Source: a virus
Reading direction: 5' to 3' (one strand)
Length of the DNA: 64,000 nt
IMG/VR virus record: IMGVR_UViG_3300010412_000002
Coordinates: 42,630 to 106,629 of that record
The notes under the pieces are model-generated. The model was not told where the DNA came from. It did not search any database and saw only the letters and a list, made by a program, of their open reading frames with translations. Shown piece after piece: positions 38,101 through 49,200 of the stretch (positions within the stretch are counted from its first letter, which is position 1; each line of letters opens with the position of its first letter). The position numbers were made by a program, and so were the translations under genes.

Positions 38101-39134
38101 ATAAGATTATCATGCTGACTCCTAATGGTATGCAAGAGATCTCTGCACATGGTATGCGGAAGTTCTTTCAACGTAATATGAACTTTGATCTTAATACTCA
38201 GTTCTTACAACAGCTTGGAATTTCGTATCCATTTCTAGATAATACAACGTATGAGTATGGACTTGGTTATTATGTAACATATGATCCAGAGTTTAAACGA
38301 ATTATTATTACCAAGAAAGATTATAGACTACGAGATGATAAAGTACTTCAACTATCTTCCTTAGGAGCCAATGGTCAAATCAATTGGGTAAATGATAAGT
38401 TTGTTGTAAATAAAAACTCTATTAGCGTTCCTATTCATTTTACGGATACTAATTACTTTGAAAATAAGAGTTGGACATTATCTTATTATGTTCCCTCCCA
38501 ACATTGGGCATCATACCATTCATATTTACCAACTATGTTTTTCAATGATGCTACTAGATTTTATTCTGTAAATGGAGACAACAAGATTTGGAGACATGGA
38601 GGAACATCTAACTATCAAACATATTACGGATTAAAGAAGGATCATATCTTAGACTTTACAAGTTCGAGCAACCCAGCTATTGCTAGCACTTACACAGTGT
38701 TTGATGTTAATTCAAACTTTGTAGATGCAGAAACAGATACTGATGATTTCTTCTTTGACCACGCTATCATCTATAACTCATATCAAAGTTCTGGTAAATT
38801 ACCTGTAGTAAGAAAGACAAGTTCTTTTATGCCTGCCACCGATCAAGGGTTGATTGCAGCCAAAGCAGAACGTAACTGGAGAATATCAGATTTTAGAGAT
38901 ATGGTAGTAGATTACACTGAACCTCTTTTTACAGATGATTGGGATGATATTCTTAACTATCACTATATTGACAAAATTCCAAATGATTCTGTTATAAGTT
39001 CTTCAAAGAACCCTTTTGAACAAGGACGATTTAGAGATCACTATGTTGGATGTCGACTATTCTTTAATCCACGAGAGAACGTTAAAGTAACTACGGATTT
39101 AATATCCTCAATAAATAAATTATCATTTCGATGA
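35115..39134 (+). CDS. Tail stabilisation/muzzle protein (P22 gp10-like)
   Basis: GLETD..P...GTYRFALN, IYFTDRYN, GQLKVGTYQFAIQY, DEVYAFGIQY, FGGDSFV, SWTLSY..WASYHSYLP. Confidence 0.88.
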   Translation: MKQVAPNRFNVGLETDSNPKFASEGTYRFALNSALETTEGGIPTITNEVGNAVSAFLEEGYKVIGACLTNTSEIVIFATNEEMSQIGILNPEINTYTTTISSSCLNFSSKYPISCLFNIRKGCERMIYFTDRYNKYRSINLDNLLSYTSAPTIAQANSEDNWNCDEFSLTPNYQVPIIDLLNVEEGGGQLKVGTYQFAIQYIDEDGNNSDWFNVTTPVPVTVGNPNGDWRYIQGGLPVANTAEPEEGSVPTTSKSIRLSISNLDINYPYYRLAALHSTGAIARVTEVWYLEPVAIGYDTQEYVYRGPNTTIDIVGSLPDININNTPIHVAKAHAQIDQSLWLANLEGTKYNYADFQRAASKILATPITKAVQVVNALNPGDPKCPNTWWDSRSFMPDEVYAFGIQYLYADGSWSPVFHIPGRRPLSSDLGLVNTVESQFLGTGDFPRWRVENTGTESIFAYHETLSTTYPDIQDCSGESIWGEDYDGYTLAGEKIRHHRFPSRQTTPIYDDATDSISIYGVRFDNVDYPHNDIVGHRFLMAERTESNKTVLDNGFVAEIHFDGEVLDYKGVVPHSNDQTGKAFAFHSPKTLLEQRFLNADYYDFHTKAGSAATQDSVNDDIDIKGTAAPAAIYMYVSAFGSGDYNPDDCVPRRMATDSSIFVAPRSSQSQLGSFESALVNSSHFNTAYFVHYETEFQFFGFNLHIAAAKRNVDPYTSLSNIVYYAIQPGYQQTTDAVDIFGGDSFVTNMNYIDTAYINALDPSAKHLKTVVGDYLSGVWVDSELNFALRHGGTDRCNTVFNGVGPVWEHVRDKLVDPDPDTVNPITGQPAVDTKYVTREEFCTEYYAYNKDFSKTVFEKPGVSLSYQFDYCSDCLNSFPNRIRVSQKNYQESSLDNYRIFKDGDRNDLPGVSGNISSLLVYQDNLYALCARDIYMIPINAQTIQTSESLAYLGTGERLAIPPRRLSSTTYPYGGSQHLFSNMVTEFGAIYVDALSNKIIMLTPNGMQEISAHGMRKFFQRNMNFDLNTQFLQQLGISYPFLDNTTYEYGLGYYVTYDPEFKRIIITKKDYRLRDDKVLQLSSLGANGQINWVNDKFVVNKNSISVPIHFTDTNYFENKSWTLSYYVPSQHWASYHSYLPTMFFNDATRFYSVNGDNKIWRHGGTSNYQTYYGLKKDHILDFTSSSNPAIASTYTVFDVNSNFVDAETDTDDFFFDHAIIYNSYQSSGKLPVVRKTSSFMPATDQGLIAAKAERNWRISDFRDMVVDYTEPLFTDDWDDILNYHYIDKIPNDSVISSSKNPFEQGRFRDHYVGCRLFFNPRENVKVTTDLISSINKLSFR

Positions 39135-41329
39135 ATAAAAATAATCAAATAGCCCAGGGGATGGCCTCCGTAGGAGCTTTAGCAAAGCCACTAGATCTAG
39201 TAGTTCCTGGGTTAGGAACGGGTATTGGGGCTGCCACCCAACTAGGTGCGCTATTGCTTCCAGATACAACGGTACAATATCCAATCAATCCCTATAATGT
39301 AAACGCATTTGGAAGTGTTGGTTATTATAATGCAGGCGGAACTTTACCAGGAGGTATAGGAGATCGGCAAATATCACGCGACGCGTTCAAAGTTCAAGGC
39401 AATGGTGGTATAGATAATAACTATCGGCAGGTAGAAGGACAACCTGCAATGCTTACACAAAATGAAATTGTAGGGAAGTTAACAAACGGAGAAAACTATG
39501 TTTACTCTGATTACTTACGTAATCCTCTTTCCGGTAATACTTTTGCAAAAGACGCAGAGAAACTCAAGAAAGCGCAACATCAAGCAGATGTAAGAGCAGA
39601 ACTTGGTGATCCTATAGCAAGAAAAACTGTTGCTGCAATTAAACAAGAAAGTGACAAGCTTGCTACAATAAATGATATGGCAATCAAAATGGCACAACAG
39701 AATATGCCCGGCAAGACTGCAGAAGAATACTGCAGAGGTGGCAAAATTAAACCAAAGAAGATGGTTCTTGGAGGTGCTACTGAATTACCACAACCTGGAC
39801 AAATTACACCAGAAATGTCTGGTTGGTGGGGTAACCCATCAGTATCTCAGGTTCCTGTAGTAATGCCTACTCCAGATCCAATTCCTATAGTTCCTCCTTT
39901 TAGTACTGTAGCTCCTTACCCAAAACAAGGAGACTTCTGGTATGGCATTGATCCTGCTGCTAGAGCAGGTATTGAAAACGCTGGAAGACAAGTAATGCAA
40001 GGAGCTAATAACGTACGAGACTTTAATCATAATCTTTCCCAAGGAATTGTACAAGGATTTACAGATTATTCTACAGCAATTGGTAGAGGACTATACGGTC
40101 CAGGATTCCAATTTGGAGATATCGGACCTATCAATTCCATGGCTAGAAACTATGTAGAACGTACTCCACAGAATCCTGGTATGCGTTCCAGAGGAATAGG
40201 GGCATCAGCATATGATCCTACCCAAGATCCAAGAATAATGGGATGGCAACAATATAGCCCAACCAATTCTCCCACAACTGTTGCTACTCCTACTGTTACT
40301 CCAGAACAACTCGCCGCAGATAAAGCTGCTGCAACTGCTAGTACGTCTAAAGGAGGTAGTAAAGGGAGTAGTAAAGGATCTGTAGGACTTGATTATATCC
40401 CAGGTACTGAAGAGCTTACTGCTAGGCCCAATAAAGAAACTCTATCTATAGAGGATGTAAAAGCAGGTAAGACTTTAAATTATACTGATCCTAATTGGAA
40501 AGGAGTGAAGACTTCTGACTTCCAATCTTGGCTAGAGAAAAATCACCCAGGGGAATTGCCAAAATTTGGTGTAGATGGTAAATGGGGTAGTGAAACAGAA
40601 AGTGCATGGAATAAATATGGTAAAGAATACTTAACGTTTGCAGGATTTTTTGGGGCTCCTCCAGTAGAAATGCTTAAGACAAATGCTCCGCAACAAATTG
40701 ACCGTACTAAGGAACAAGGAGCAATAGCGCAGGAAGCTGCCAATAAAAAATCAGAGCCTGTAGCAAATGACAATCAAAGTTTCTTTTCAAGTATTCAACC
40801 TTATATTGGTGATATCATGCAAGGATTAGCCTTTGCAGGTCAATTTGCAAATATGGGTCCAGCTACATGGGAACAAATCCCAATGATGGATAATAGACAA
40901 ATTGATCCCACGTATATGCAAGAGCGTATTCGAGCTGCAAGGACTGCTGCAATGCAGCAAGCTGGAACTTCCTATACTTCAAATCAAGCTGCTCAAATGG
41001 CTATGATTTCAGATGCTGCTCAACAAGAAACACAAATGCTGCAACAGGTGGCTCAACAAAATAAACAATTGTCAGCCTCTACACAGCAATATAATAATCA
41101 AGCTAGAGTACAGCAACAAATTGCTAGAATGCAAGCTCAGGGAGCAAGAGATGCTGCAATGCAGGGTATCTGGGGATCATTTGCAAATGCTGGTCAAGCA
41201 CTTAATGAACAGTATTCAAACAAAGTTGGACAAGCCGCACTTGCTGCAGCTTATCCTCTTATCTTTGAAGGATTATCCGCAGATATGAAAGAGTTTCTAC
41301 AAAAGAAAGCAAACAAAACTAACATCTAA
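39131..41329 (+). CDS. Virion cargo/ejection protein with peptidoglycan-binding-like motif
   Basis: Gly/Ala hydrophobic N-terminus, YVYSDYL...GNTFA, xxGG repeats, GVDGKWGSETESAW, Q/A-rich coiled coil. Confidence 0.7.
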   Translation: MNKNNQIAQGMASVGALAKPLDLVVPGLGTGIGAATQLGALLLPDTTVQYPINPYNVNAFGSVGYYNAGGTLPGGIGDRQISRDAFKVQGNGGIDNNYRQVEGQPAMLTQNEIVGKLTNGENYVYSDYLRNPLSGNTFAKDAEKLKKAQHQADVRAELGDPIARKTVAAIKQESDKLATINDMAIKMAQQNMPGKTAEEYCRGGKIKPKKMVLGGATELPQPGQITPEMSGWWGNPSVSQVPVVMPTPDPIPIVPPFSTVAPYPKQGDFWYGIDPAARAGIENAGRQVMQGANNVRDFNHNLSQGIVQGFTDYSTAIGRGLYGPGFQFGDIGPINSMARNYVERTPQNPGMRSRGIGASAYDPTQDPRIMGWQQYSPTNSPTTVATPTVTPEQLAADKAAATASTSKGGSKGSSKGSVGLDYIPGTEELTARPNKETLSIEDVKAGKTLNYTDPNWKGVKTSDFQSWLEKNHPGELPKFGVDGKWGSETESAWNKYGKEYLTFAGFFGAPPVEMLKTNAPQQIDRTKEQGAIAQEAANKKSEPVANDNQSFFSSIQPYIGDIMQGLAFAGQFANMGPATWEQIPMMDNRQIDPTYMQERIRAARTAAMQQAGTSYTSNQAAQMAMISDAAQQETQMLQQVAQQNKQLSASTQQYNNQARVQQQIARMQAQGARDAAMQGIWGSFANAGQALNEQYSNKVGQAALAAAYPLIFEGLSADMKEFLQKKANKTNI

Positions 41330-43227
41330 TGGCATTTAATAGATTTATGACACGCACTCCAATGCAGTTTGATTTCTATAAACAACCATTGGAAGTTATA
41401 TCTCAAGCGTTACAAGTCAAACAACAAGCTTACGATAAGAACGCAGCCCTAGCGGATCAATTACTTTCTATGTCCATTAATTCAATGGATGCAGATAGAG
41501 CTTCAGCTAATGCTTTAACTAGAGGGTATCAACAGACTGTTGATCAAATGGCTGAACAGTATAATGGTGATTACTCTAAAATGGGGCGAGAGCTGATGGG
41601 GCTAGCTAGAAAAATTCGTAAAGACTTCACATCTGGAGGAGAAGCTTTTGCATATGAGTACAACAAAAGTTTATATGATAAATGGCTTGACTTCTCACAG
41701 AAAGCTTCATTATCTGGACGTGGACCATCAGTACAGCAAGTTAATCTTGGCAATGCGTACATTCTTAACAACTACAAAGGTGCAGGTTACAATAAAGAAA
41801 CTGGGACCTTTAGCAGTTTACAAACCCCCAATCTTGTAGAGTATCAAGAGATGTCAACATTAGTAGATACCTTTGCCAAGAACGTTGTACCAAATAAAGT
41901 AGCTTCTGGTGAATGGGAAGTTAATAATGGGAAAGTATGGTATAAGAATAAAGTAGGTATACAAGAAGTAACTCCAGATAGAATTCAAGCTGCTGTTAGA
42001 GAAGGGCTAAGATCTCATCAAGGATGGCAGGCATATGCAAATCAAATGGAACAGTTCGGTGCGCCAATTACAGAAGAGATGTACAATTCTCAAGTTAACC
42101 GCGCTATTAATTCCTTTGCTTATCGTTGGAAAGAATCTGATCAAGATATCATGGTTAATCCATTTGCACTTAAAGCATATGAGAAGAGCCTAGAGACTCC
42201 AGAACCGCAGCCAATGACTAGCTACTATTCCCCAGCAAGATCAAAAGGCCAACCGACAGAAAGACAAAAAGCAGAAGGTGCCGTAGGAATTCCTACATCC
42301 TTTGATGCGTCCGACTTTAATACCTGGAGCTTTAGTGCTGCTCCTGGAGGAAGAATGGGTAGTTTCACAGTTCAACGAAACAAAGATCAATCTTTTGATC
42401 AGTATATGAAACGTGCAGATGTAGTAAATAAGTATGGACAATTTGGGCAGAATCTATATGCATCAATGTCTAAGAATCCTGAATGGAATAACATGTCGGA
42501 GAAAGAGAAATCTCACGCATTTAGAGACGCATACGGAACTGCTGCTGCAGAATTTAATAGAGTTCAAGATAATATCTATACTCTGAATGATAAGACTCGT
42601 CAGAACCTACGAGAGAACTTCTTGCAATCTTCTTTCCCAGCTCAAGCGCAGTATACTGTTGTAGATATGAAAGATGAAACTACCATTTCAGATATCACTG
42701 CAAGAGATATGACTAGTATGACTGGGTATAGTGTATCAGATATTCAGGAAGGAGGGGTTGTACAAGGAATTACTAATCCTGCATCTGGATTACCTATGGG
42801 TATTGAACTTGGTCTCCCCGATCAAGGGGATAAAAAAGAACGTAGATACCGAGTAGTAATGCAGGGGTACGATGCCCGTGCAGAAGAAACTGGTAACAAT
42901 CTACAAAAACTATACTATCCATATTATGGCGGAGCAAGTAAGTCTCCTCAAGTTCCGCTAGCTTCTGTAGGTCCATACTTAGTACAAACAGAAGTTCAAC
43001 CGACCTTTGATCAGAATGGTAAACTTGGGCAACCAATTGAAAAAGTATACTTCCAAGAATATGAAGTAGATGATCAAGGACGTCCAGTATTCGATCACAA
43101 CAATCAGCTTAAAGTTAAAGATAAACCATTTGAAGTTCCTTACACTCTGCAATCACTAGTAGATTCAGAATTTAGAGCAGCAGGCTTGGATTATCAATCT
43201 AATAAACTCAAAGATAGTAAATTTTAA
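41329..43227 (+). CDS. Virion cargo protein preceding the RNAP gene
   Basis: MAFNRF...P.E.....LQ.KQQAYD N-terminus; synteny; TAATG coupling. Confidence 0.7.
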   Translation: MAFNRFMTRTPMQFDFYKQPLEVISQALQVKQQAYDKNAALADQLLSMSINSMDADRASANALTRGYQQTVDQMAEQYNGDYSKMGRELMGLARKIRKDFTSGGEAFAYEYNKSLYDKWLDFSQKASLSGRGPSVQQVNLGNAYILNNYKGAGYNKETGTFSSLQTPNLVEYQEMSTLVDTFAKNVVPNKVASGEWEVNNGKVWYKNKVGIQEVTPDRIQAAVREGLRSHQGWQAYANQMEQFGAPITEEMYNSQVNRAINSFAYRWKESDQDIMVNPFALKAYEKSLETPEPQPMTSYYSPARSKGQPTERQKAEGAVGIPTSFDASDFNTWSFSAAPGGRMGSFTVQRNKDQSFDQYMKRADVVNKYGQFGQNLYASMSKNPEWNNMSEKEKSHAFRDAYGTAAAEFNRVQDNIYTLNDKTRQNLRENFLQSSFPAQAQYTVVDMKDETTISDITARDMTSMTGYSVSDIQEGGVVQGITNPASGLPMGIELGLPDQGDKKERRYRVVMQGYDARAEETGNNLQKLYYPYYGGASKSPQVPLASVGPYLVQTEVQPTFDQNGKLGQPIEKVYFQEYEVDDQGRPVFDHNNQLKVKDKPFEVPYTLQSLVDSEFRAAGLDYQSNKLKDSKF

Positions 43228-43233
43228 TTACTT

Positions 43234-46200
43234 ATGAAGGTAGATGCTTTCACCTACGCACTGATGAACAATATGGATCCGGTAACAGGTGAACCCATTA
43301 AAGGCGGGTTCACTGCCGATCAATTGTATGCTCCACGGCCTGCTCAAGCTATGCCAGGATCTGGTGGCCCCTCTAGTTATATGATGGGATATCGTCCAGG
43401 TATGAACGCTGATTATGTTCGTTCCGCAAACCAGCCTCTCGGTGCATCCTTCCTTAACGGCTTAACTTCAAATATCGTGGTTGGTACCATCGGTAAGATT
43501 GGAGAAGGAGTCGGGATGATTGCTAATATTCCCTCTGCAGTTGCTTCTGGCGACATAGAGAAGCTATTTGATAATTCAATCACTAACTTCTTTGAAAGTA
43601 TTCAAGAAGATGCTAAAGACGCACTACCAGTTTACCAAGGTAGAACATATCAAACTGGAAATATTCTTGCTCGTATGGGCACAGACGACTTCTGGTTTAA
43701 CGATGGATTTGATGCTGTATCATTTCTGTTATCTGCATACGTACCTGGTGGGGCAGTATCTAAAGTATCTAAGTTAGCCAAACTAGGTAAACTTGCTACA
43801 TCAATTAACAACTTGGGCTCTAAAGCAAAGGGCGCTAAGTTAGCCAAACTATTAAAAGAAGTAACTGAAGATCAAGTAGAAAATGCAGTCACACAAGGCG
43901 TTTCAACTGCTTATAACACTATTACCGAAGCTGGATTTGAGGCTAAGGATACATTTGATTCTGTATATCAAGAGTATAAGAAAACTATGTCAGACGAAGA
44001 AGCGAAGAAAAAAGCTTCTCAAGCTGCTGCTAGAGTTTTCACTGCTAACATGTATGGTCTCTTGGTACCTAACGCTATACAGTCTAGCTTTATGCACGGT
44101 AATAATTCTTTTAATCTACGTAAGATTAAGGACGCTGTTCGTAGTGGCAATGGACTTGATGAGATTCTAAATACTAGAGCTAAGATGCTAACTAAACTTG
44201 GCGAAGGTATTGCATCTGAAGGTCTATGGGAAGAAAACTTTCAAAATGCCGTGCAACGATATGAGCGTCGTATGTCTGAAGGATGGGTAGGCGATCGTGC
44301 AGGAGAGTATACATATGGTATGCTCCTAGGTTTAAAAGGTACAGCTAAGGCTTTTATTCCTGGTTTACCTGCTCCAGAAGCTGGCACGGATGAAGATGAA
44401 GCAGCCGCATCAATTGCCCTTGGTGGATTGATTGGTGGTGGTATGGGTATTGGATCTACTATTCTAGAAAATAAGAATCTTAGTAAAGTAATTAAAGGTG
44501 CTGAGGTTGATTGGGCAAGAGTTAAAGATGCTAATAAATTTAGTAAGAATTTACTAGTAGATAACTTATCGGTTAACTTAAAGAGTCATGGCATGGTCGA
44601 TGAAACCGATGCTAATGGTAATCCTACTGGTCGTAAAGTTCCTCAATATGTAGATCCTGATTCAGGTCAAGTATCTATGGATCCACAGAAGATGCAAACT
44701 TTTATGTTGCGTCGAGCTAAGGATATGAATCTTGGAGCAGCACAAGTAGATGCTGTATTAGGTAATAGCCAAAGCTTGATGGACTACAATAGAGAAATGG
44801 CTCTTATGTCCTATGCTTGGCATTTACGGTCAATTCCTAACTTATCAAAAGAAGATATAGACGATCTAATTAAATACGATGTACAACTTCCTGTATCTAG
44901 GGAGTTGGATGGAGTTGTAGATCAGAATTTGCTTTCTCAGAATGTTGATAAGATTCGTGCATACATGCAATTGTATGACGATAGTCTTACGCATACATCT
45001 GGCATGTATGATTTCTCTGACACAAATGTTGACAGGGATTTTGGTGCATATATCCGCAGGGCTTATTTCTATGATGCTGGTAAAAAATTGGCTGCGCAAC
45101 ATATGAAAGAAACTGCATCTGATACTATGCGCCCGCAACTTGATCAGATGATTACAGATATTGATTCTTACTTGGCTCGATTCAGAAATAATATTCCTAA
45201 GTTTCGTCAAGCTTATGACCTTGAAGTAAAGTCTGCAATTGGTCTTGGTAATCGACTTGTTGATATTGAAGAGGCTTTAAAAGTTGAGGGTATTACTGAT
45301 GAGGTTAAGCAAGATCTAGAAGCCGAAAAGAAAGTAATTGAATATCAACTAGAGGAACTTCGAGATGTAGATGGATATTTCTATGATACATTTGGTGGAC
45401 AGCGCGCTACTGAATACGGATCTGCTAGTTTATCTAAGAACGAACCTGCATATCATATGCGCAAACGTGGGGAACAGTTCCGTCCACGTTCAATGGCAGA
45501 AAAGTATTACTACAACAGGGCTTTAACTGATCTATTTAATATTGAAGTATCTAGAGATTTTCAAGACAATGTACCTGTAGAAGAAATTTTTGATAAGGCA
45601 GCTGTACGCCCAGAATTAAGACTCAACAATGCAAATAGAACTGCGTTAAAGGAAGGATTCATTGCAAAGAAAACTGAGGTTGAAAGCAAAAATGATTCCT
45701 TTAATCAAATGAAAGAGTTGCGTGATAATATGCATGCAAGTCTTAATCTTGAATATAATGCAGAACGTCCTGAACTTGTAACTAATGAGGATGAGATGGA
45801 TGAGTATCAAGCTTTCCTAGATGACAATGTTCATGATATGGAAGCTGCAGGTGATCTCCTCTCTGAAGGATTAGGCGAAAATCCATTTACAGAACAGACT
45901 CTACGAGAGAATCCTAATTCTTTTGTGGAATTGTATCGTCGTATGGATAAAGCAATTAAGGACCACGAACTAGCTGTTAAGAAAACACAAGCTGCCCTAG
46001 ACTCTCTTGAAGAACTTTCTAGAGTATCGAATGAACTTGCTGCAGAAAGTGCTATTTACGATAATCTAACTCCTGAGAAGAGGGGCGAAGTATTCAGAGA
46101 TAAATTCTTTGAGCAAAAAACTGCAGGTGTACGTAGTGTTATCGCGCAATTCCGTGCGGACAGAGATGGATTCTCTAGGGGTGTAACAGGGGAAATAAAT

Positions 46201-49200
46201 CTTCTTAACCGTTTACGTAAAATTTTTGCCTCTCGTACCGATATTTCTGATACTTTTAAACAGTCAGTACTAGATCGAATTGATGCTTGGTTAATAGTTT
46301 TAAATCAGGCATCAGAAGTAGCTAGAGGTAATGCTGCCAAACGCTATGAGATTCAACAAATGTCTGAACGATCATATGCTGAAGGACTACATAATCTGTT
46401 TAATAAAGAAGAAATAAAACAATTTCTTATTAATCAGTTTGGACCAGAGATACAAGAGATGTTACGTAAGGTAGCCGAATATGGTGAAAAACCTAATTCA
46501 AAAGAAGGTTACGAGGCTATTCTAGAATTTGTTCGTAGGAAACTTACTACGGAGGAACAACGTACTGCATTTATGCAGAAGTTAATGGAAGAGTCCGACA
46601 AGGATGGGGCTAAAACAAAAGGTATTATTAAGCCTCTAATGTCAGCAAAACTAGGAAGAGAATTCTTTACCTTAGGTGGTCACTATGATAATCCTAACGG
46701 ACTACCTGGCATTATGTTTAGAAATCCATTGATGATTCCACATACGATGTTAATGGATAAAGAAGTATTTGGAGAACGTACTTTAGCGGCGTTTGAAGAA
46801 GGTAAAGAAATTACTCCTTGGCAACGATATAATCTTGATTTCGATTTCCCAAAACTTGTTTATAGTATAAAGGATTCTGGATACGAAGGAATGGATCAAG
46901 CAGAGATCGAAATATTTGATGCACTAGTAGATGCGTATTCTTATGCTAGAGCTTATCATGCTTTGGCTACTATTGCTACTGGTACCACAGATAACATTGA
47001 ATTATACAAGTATGAAGCCCAGGAATTTAATAAACCTGGATCTCATGCCCCCACCAGTCAGCAAGCAGTATCATTCAGAGAAGCTGTAAGACAACTAAAA
47101 AGTCAATTAACTTACCAGCAGTCTGCTGTGTTTGGGATCTATGGCTCAGGTAAAACTGCAATGGTAGCTAGGAAGGTAATGGAATTTTTAATTCCTAATC
47201 CTGATACTCGTAAGGGCAAGGTTCTCGCTTTTGCTCAATCAGAAGCTACATCAAAAACAATTGCAGATTCAGTAAATGGTACCCAAACATCTTTTGATGC
47301 AGTAGCTAATATGACTATTGAACAATTATCTAACTATGAATATGTTGTAGTAGATGAAGCCTTTACGCTTAACTCTAGCCAGATAGAAGTTTTAGATACT
47401 CTTGCTAGACAAAAAATAGTTAAGGTACTATATCTTGGTGACCCATCTCAGAACAAAAGTGAAAGTGTCTCTACTCTACAAGATGGGGTATCTAGAGCAC
47501 AACCTCTTACCGTAGTACTTAGGACTAATAATCCTGCTATTACTAATTTTGCAAATTTCTTTCAATATAATCCAGCAGAAATAGATTCGGCTACAGCAGA
47601 AGCCACCTCTACTCTAGAAGGTAAAACAGAAGCTGATAGTGGCGTATTTGTAACATCTAATAGTCGTCCCGCAGAAGAGCAAATTATTGAAAGAGCAAAG
47701 AATCCAAATGGTAAGTCTAAGATGATTATCTCTAATCATAACCTAGAGACTTACCGACAAGCCTTTGCTGGAACCGATGTAAAGGTTCTGTCTCCTAAGG
47801 ATTCCCAAGGTCAAGAAGCAGATGAAGTATATATTGACCTATCTAAGTCAGGAGAAGCTGTTAACGGTGGGCCATTTGGGTCAGCATTAGCATTTAATAC
47901 TATGGTAGCTACTGCGGCATCACGGGCAAAAGAAATGCTTGTAGTGGCAAATCGACCTGGCCTTGTAATAGACCAAGCAATTATCGCTGATCTTAATGAG
48001 AGCATTCAAGATTTATCTGAAGAGTTTGCTAAGTATGAGCAGGATTATAAAGAATCATTAGATGCTTATAGGGTATTTTATTCTGAATTTACTGGCATAG
48101 CTATTGCGGAAACTCCTCAAGCTCCACCAACTACTCCAACTTCTAACCCCGTTCCAGGACCTGCGGATAATACTGAGCCTACTCCACCACCTCCTGCTCC
48201 ACCTATGGAACCCATGGAAGGTGATGTTAAACTCAAGCATCCACAGAACGATAATCTTATGAAGGTTATGACTGGTACTGGATTTATTGTTAGAACTGTA
48301 AGATCCACTGAAGCAGCTACTAACGAAAAATGGACGGTAATGGCTCCAACTCCTAATGGTAAGTTTAGGACTGTAGGCGTATTGTCTGGAGAAGAGATAG
48401 CTGCAGGCGGGTTTACAGAGGAACAACGAGCTAGAGCAACTTCTCGTAATCAGCTCTTTAAATTAGATACTGATAGAACTCTTGAATACTCAAAGGACCA
48501 GTTCGAGAATTTTATTGTGTCTCCTGTGGAAATTAGAGACGTTAAACCTCTTTGGTTCGAGTTTGGCGAGAACAAGACTACATTAACTGCTGATGGAGTT
48601 CAATGGTTAATGAGAGATTTCTTTCAACAAGAGGGTGTACCTGTACAGGGTAATGTAGATGCAAACATCCGTATTTATCGTCGTCCTAGTGAATTTCCTA
48701 ATACTAGGTTTACGCCCGATATAGGCGTACCTTATATTGTATTATCTGGTTTTCAAGTTCCAGAAGATAGACAATATAGTTTCCCACGAAACTTGCATAT
48801 TCCAATCAGTGCTCCAAAATTAAGTACTGACCATGAAGTATTTAAAACTGCTCAGAAGTTTAAAACTGCTTTTGATACATTTTGTGGTATTGTCAATAAG
48901 GATCCAGTACAGTATTTTAACTCGGAACCTTTTGAGAATTTAATGGATAAATTTAGCAAGTTATATACTGTAGATGTACTTCGTAGAGAAGGAGATCAAA
49001 TTGTTAAAGTAGAAGATTTTGATGAGAAGATACAGGTGCTACTTCGTAACTATCGTTACCCAGAAACAGCTGTAGCTCCACTCTTTGAAATGCTTAAACT
49101 ACTATATGCTCCACATGAATCGCGTCGTAGGTTTACTGCTCAGGAATTAGAAGATTGGAAGCAAGCTAATCCAGAGCAAGCGAAAGACGCAGTTTTTACT

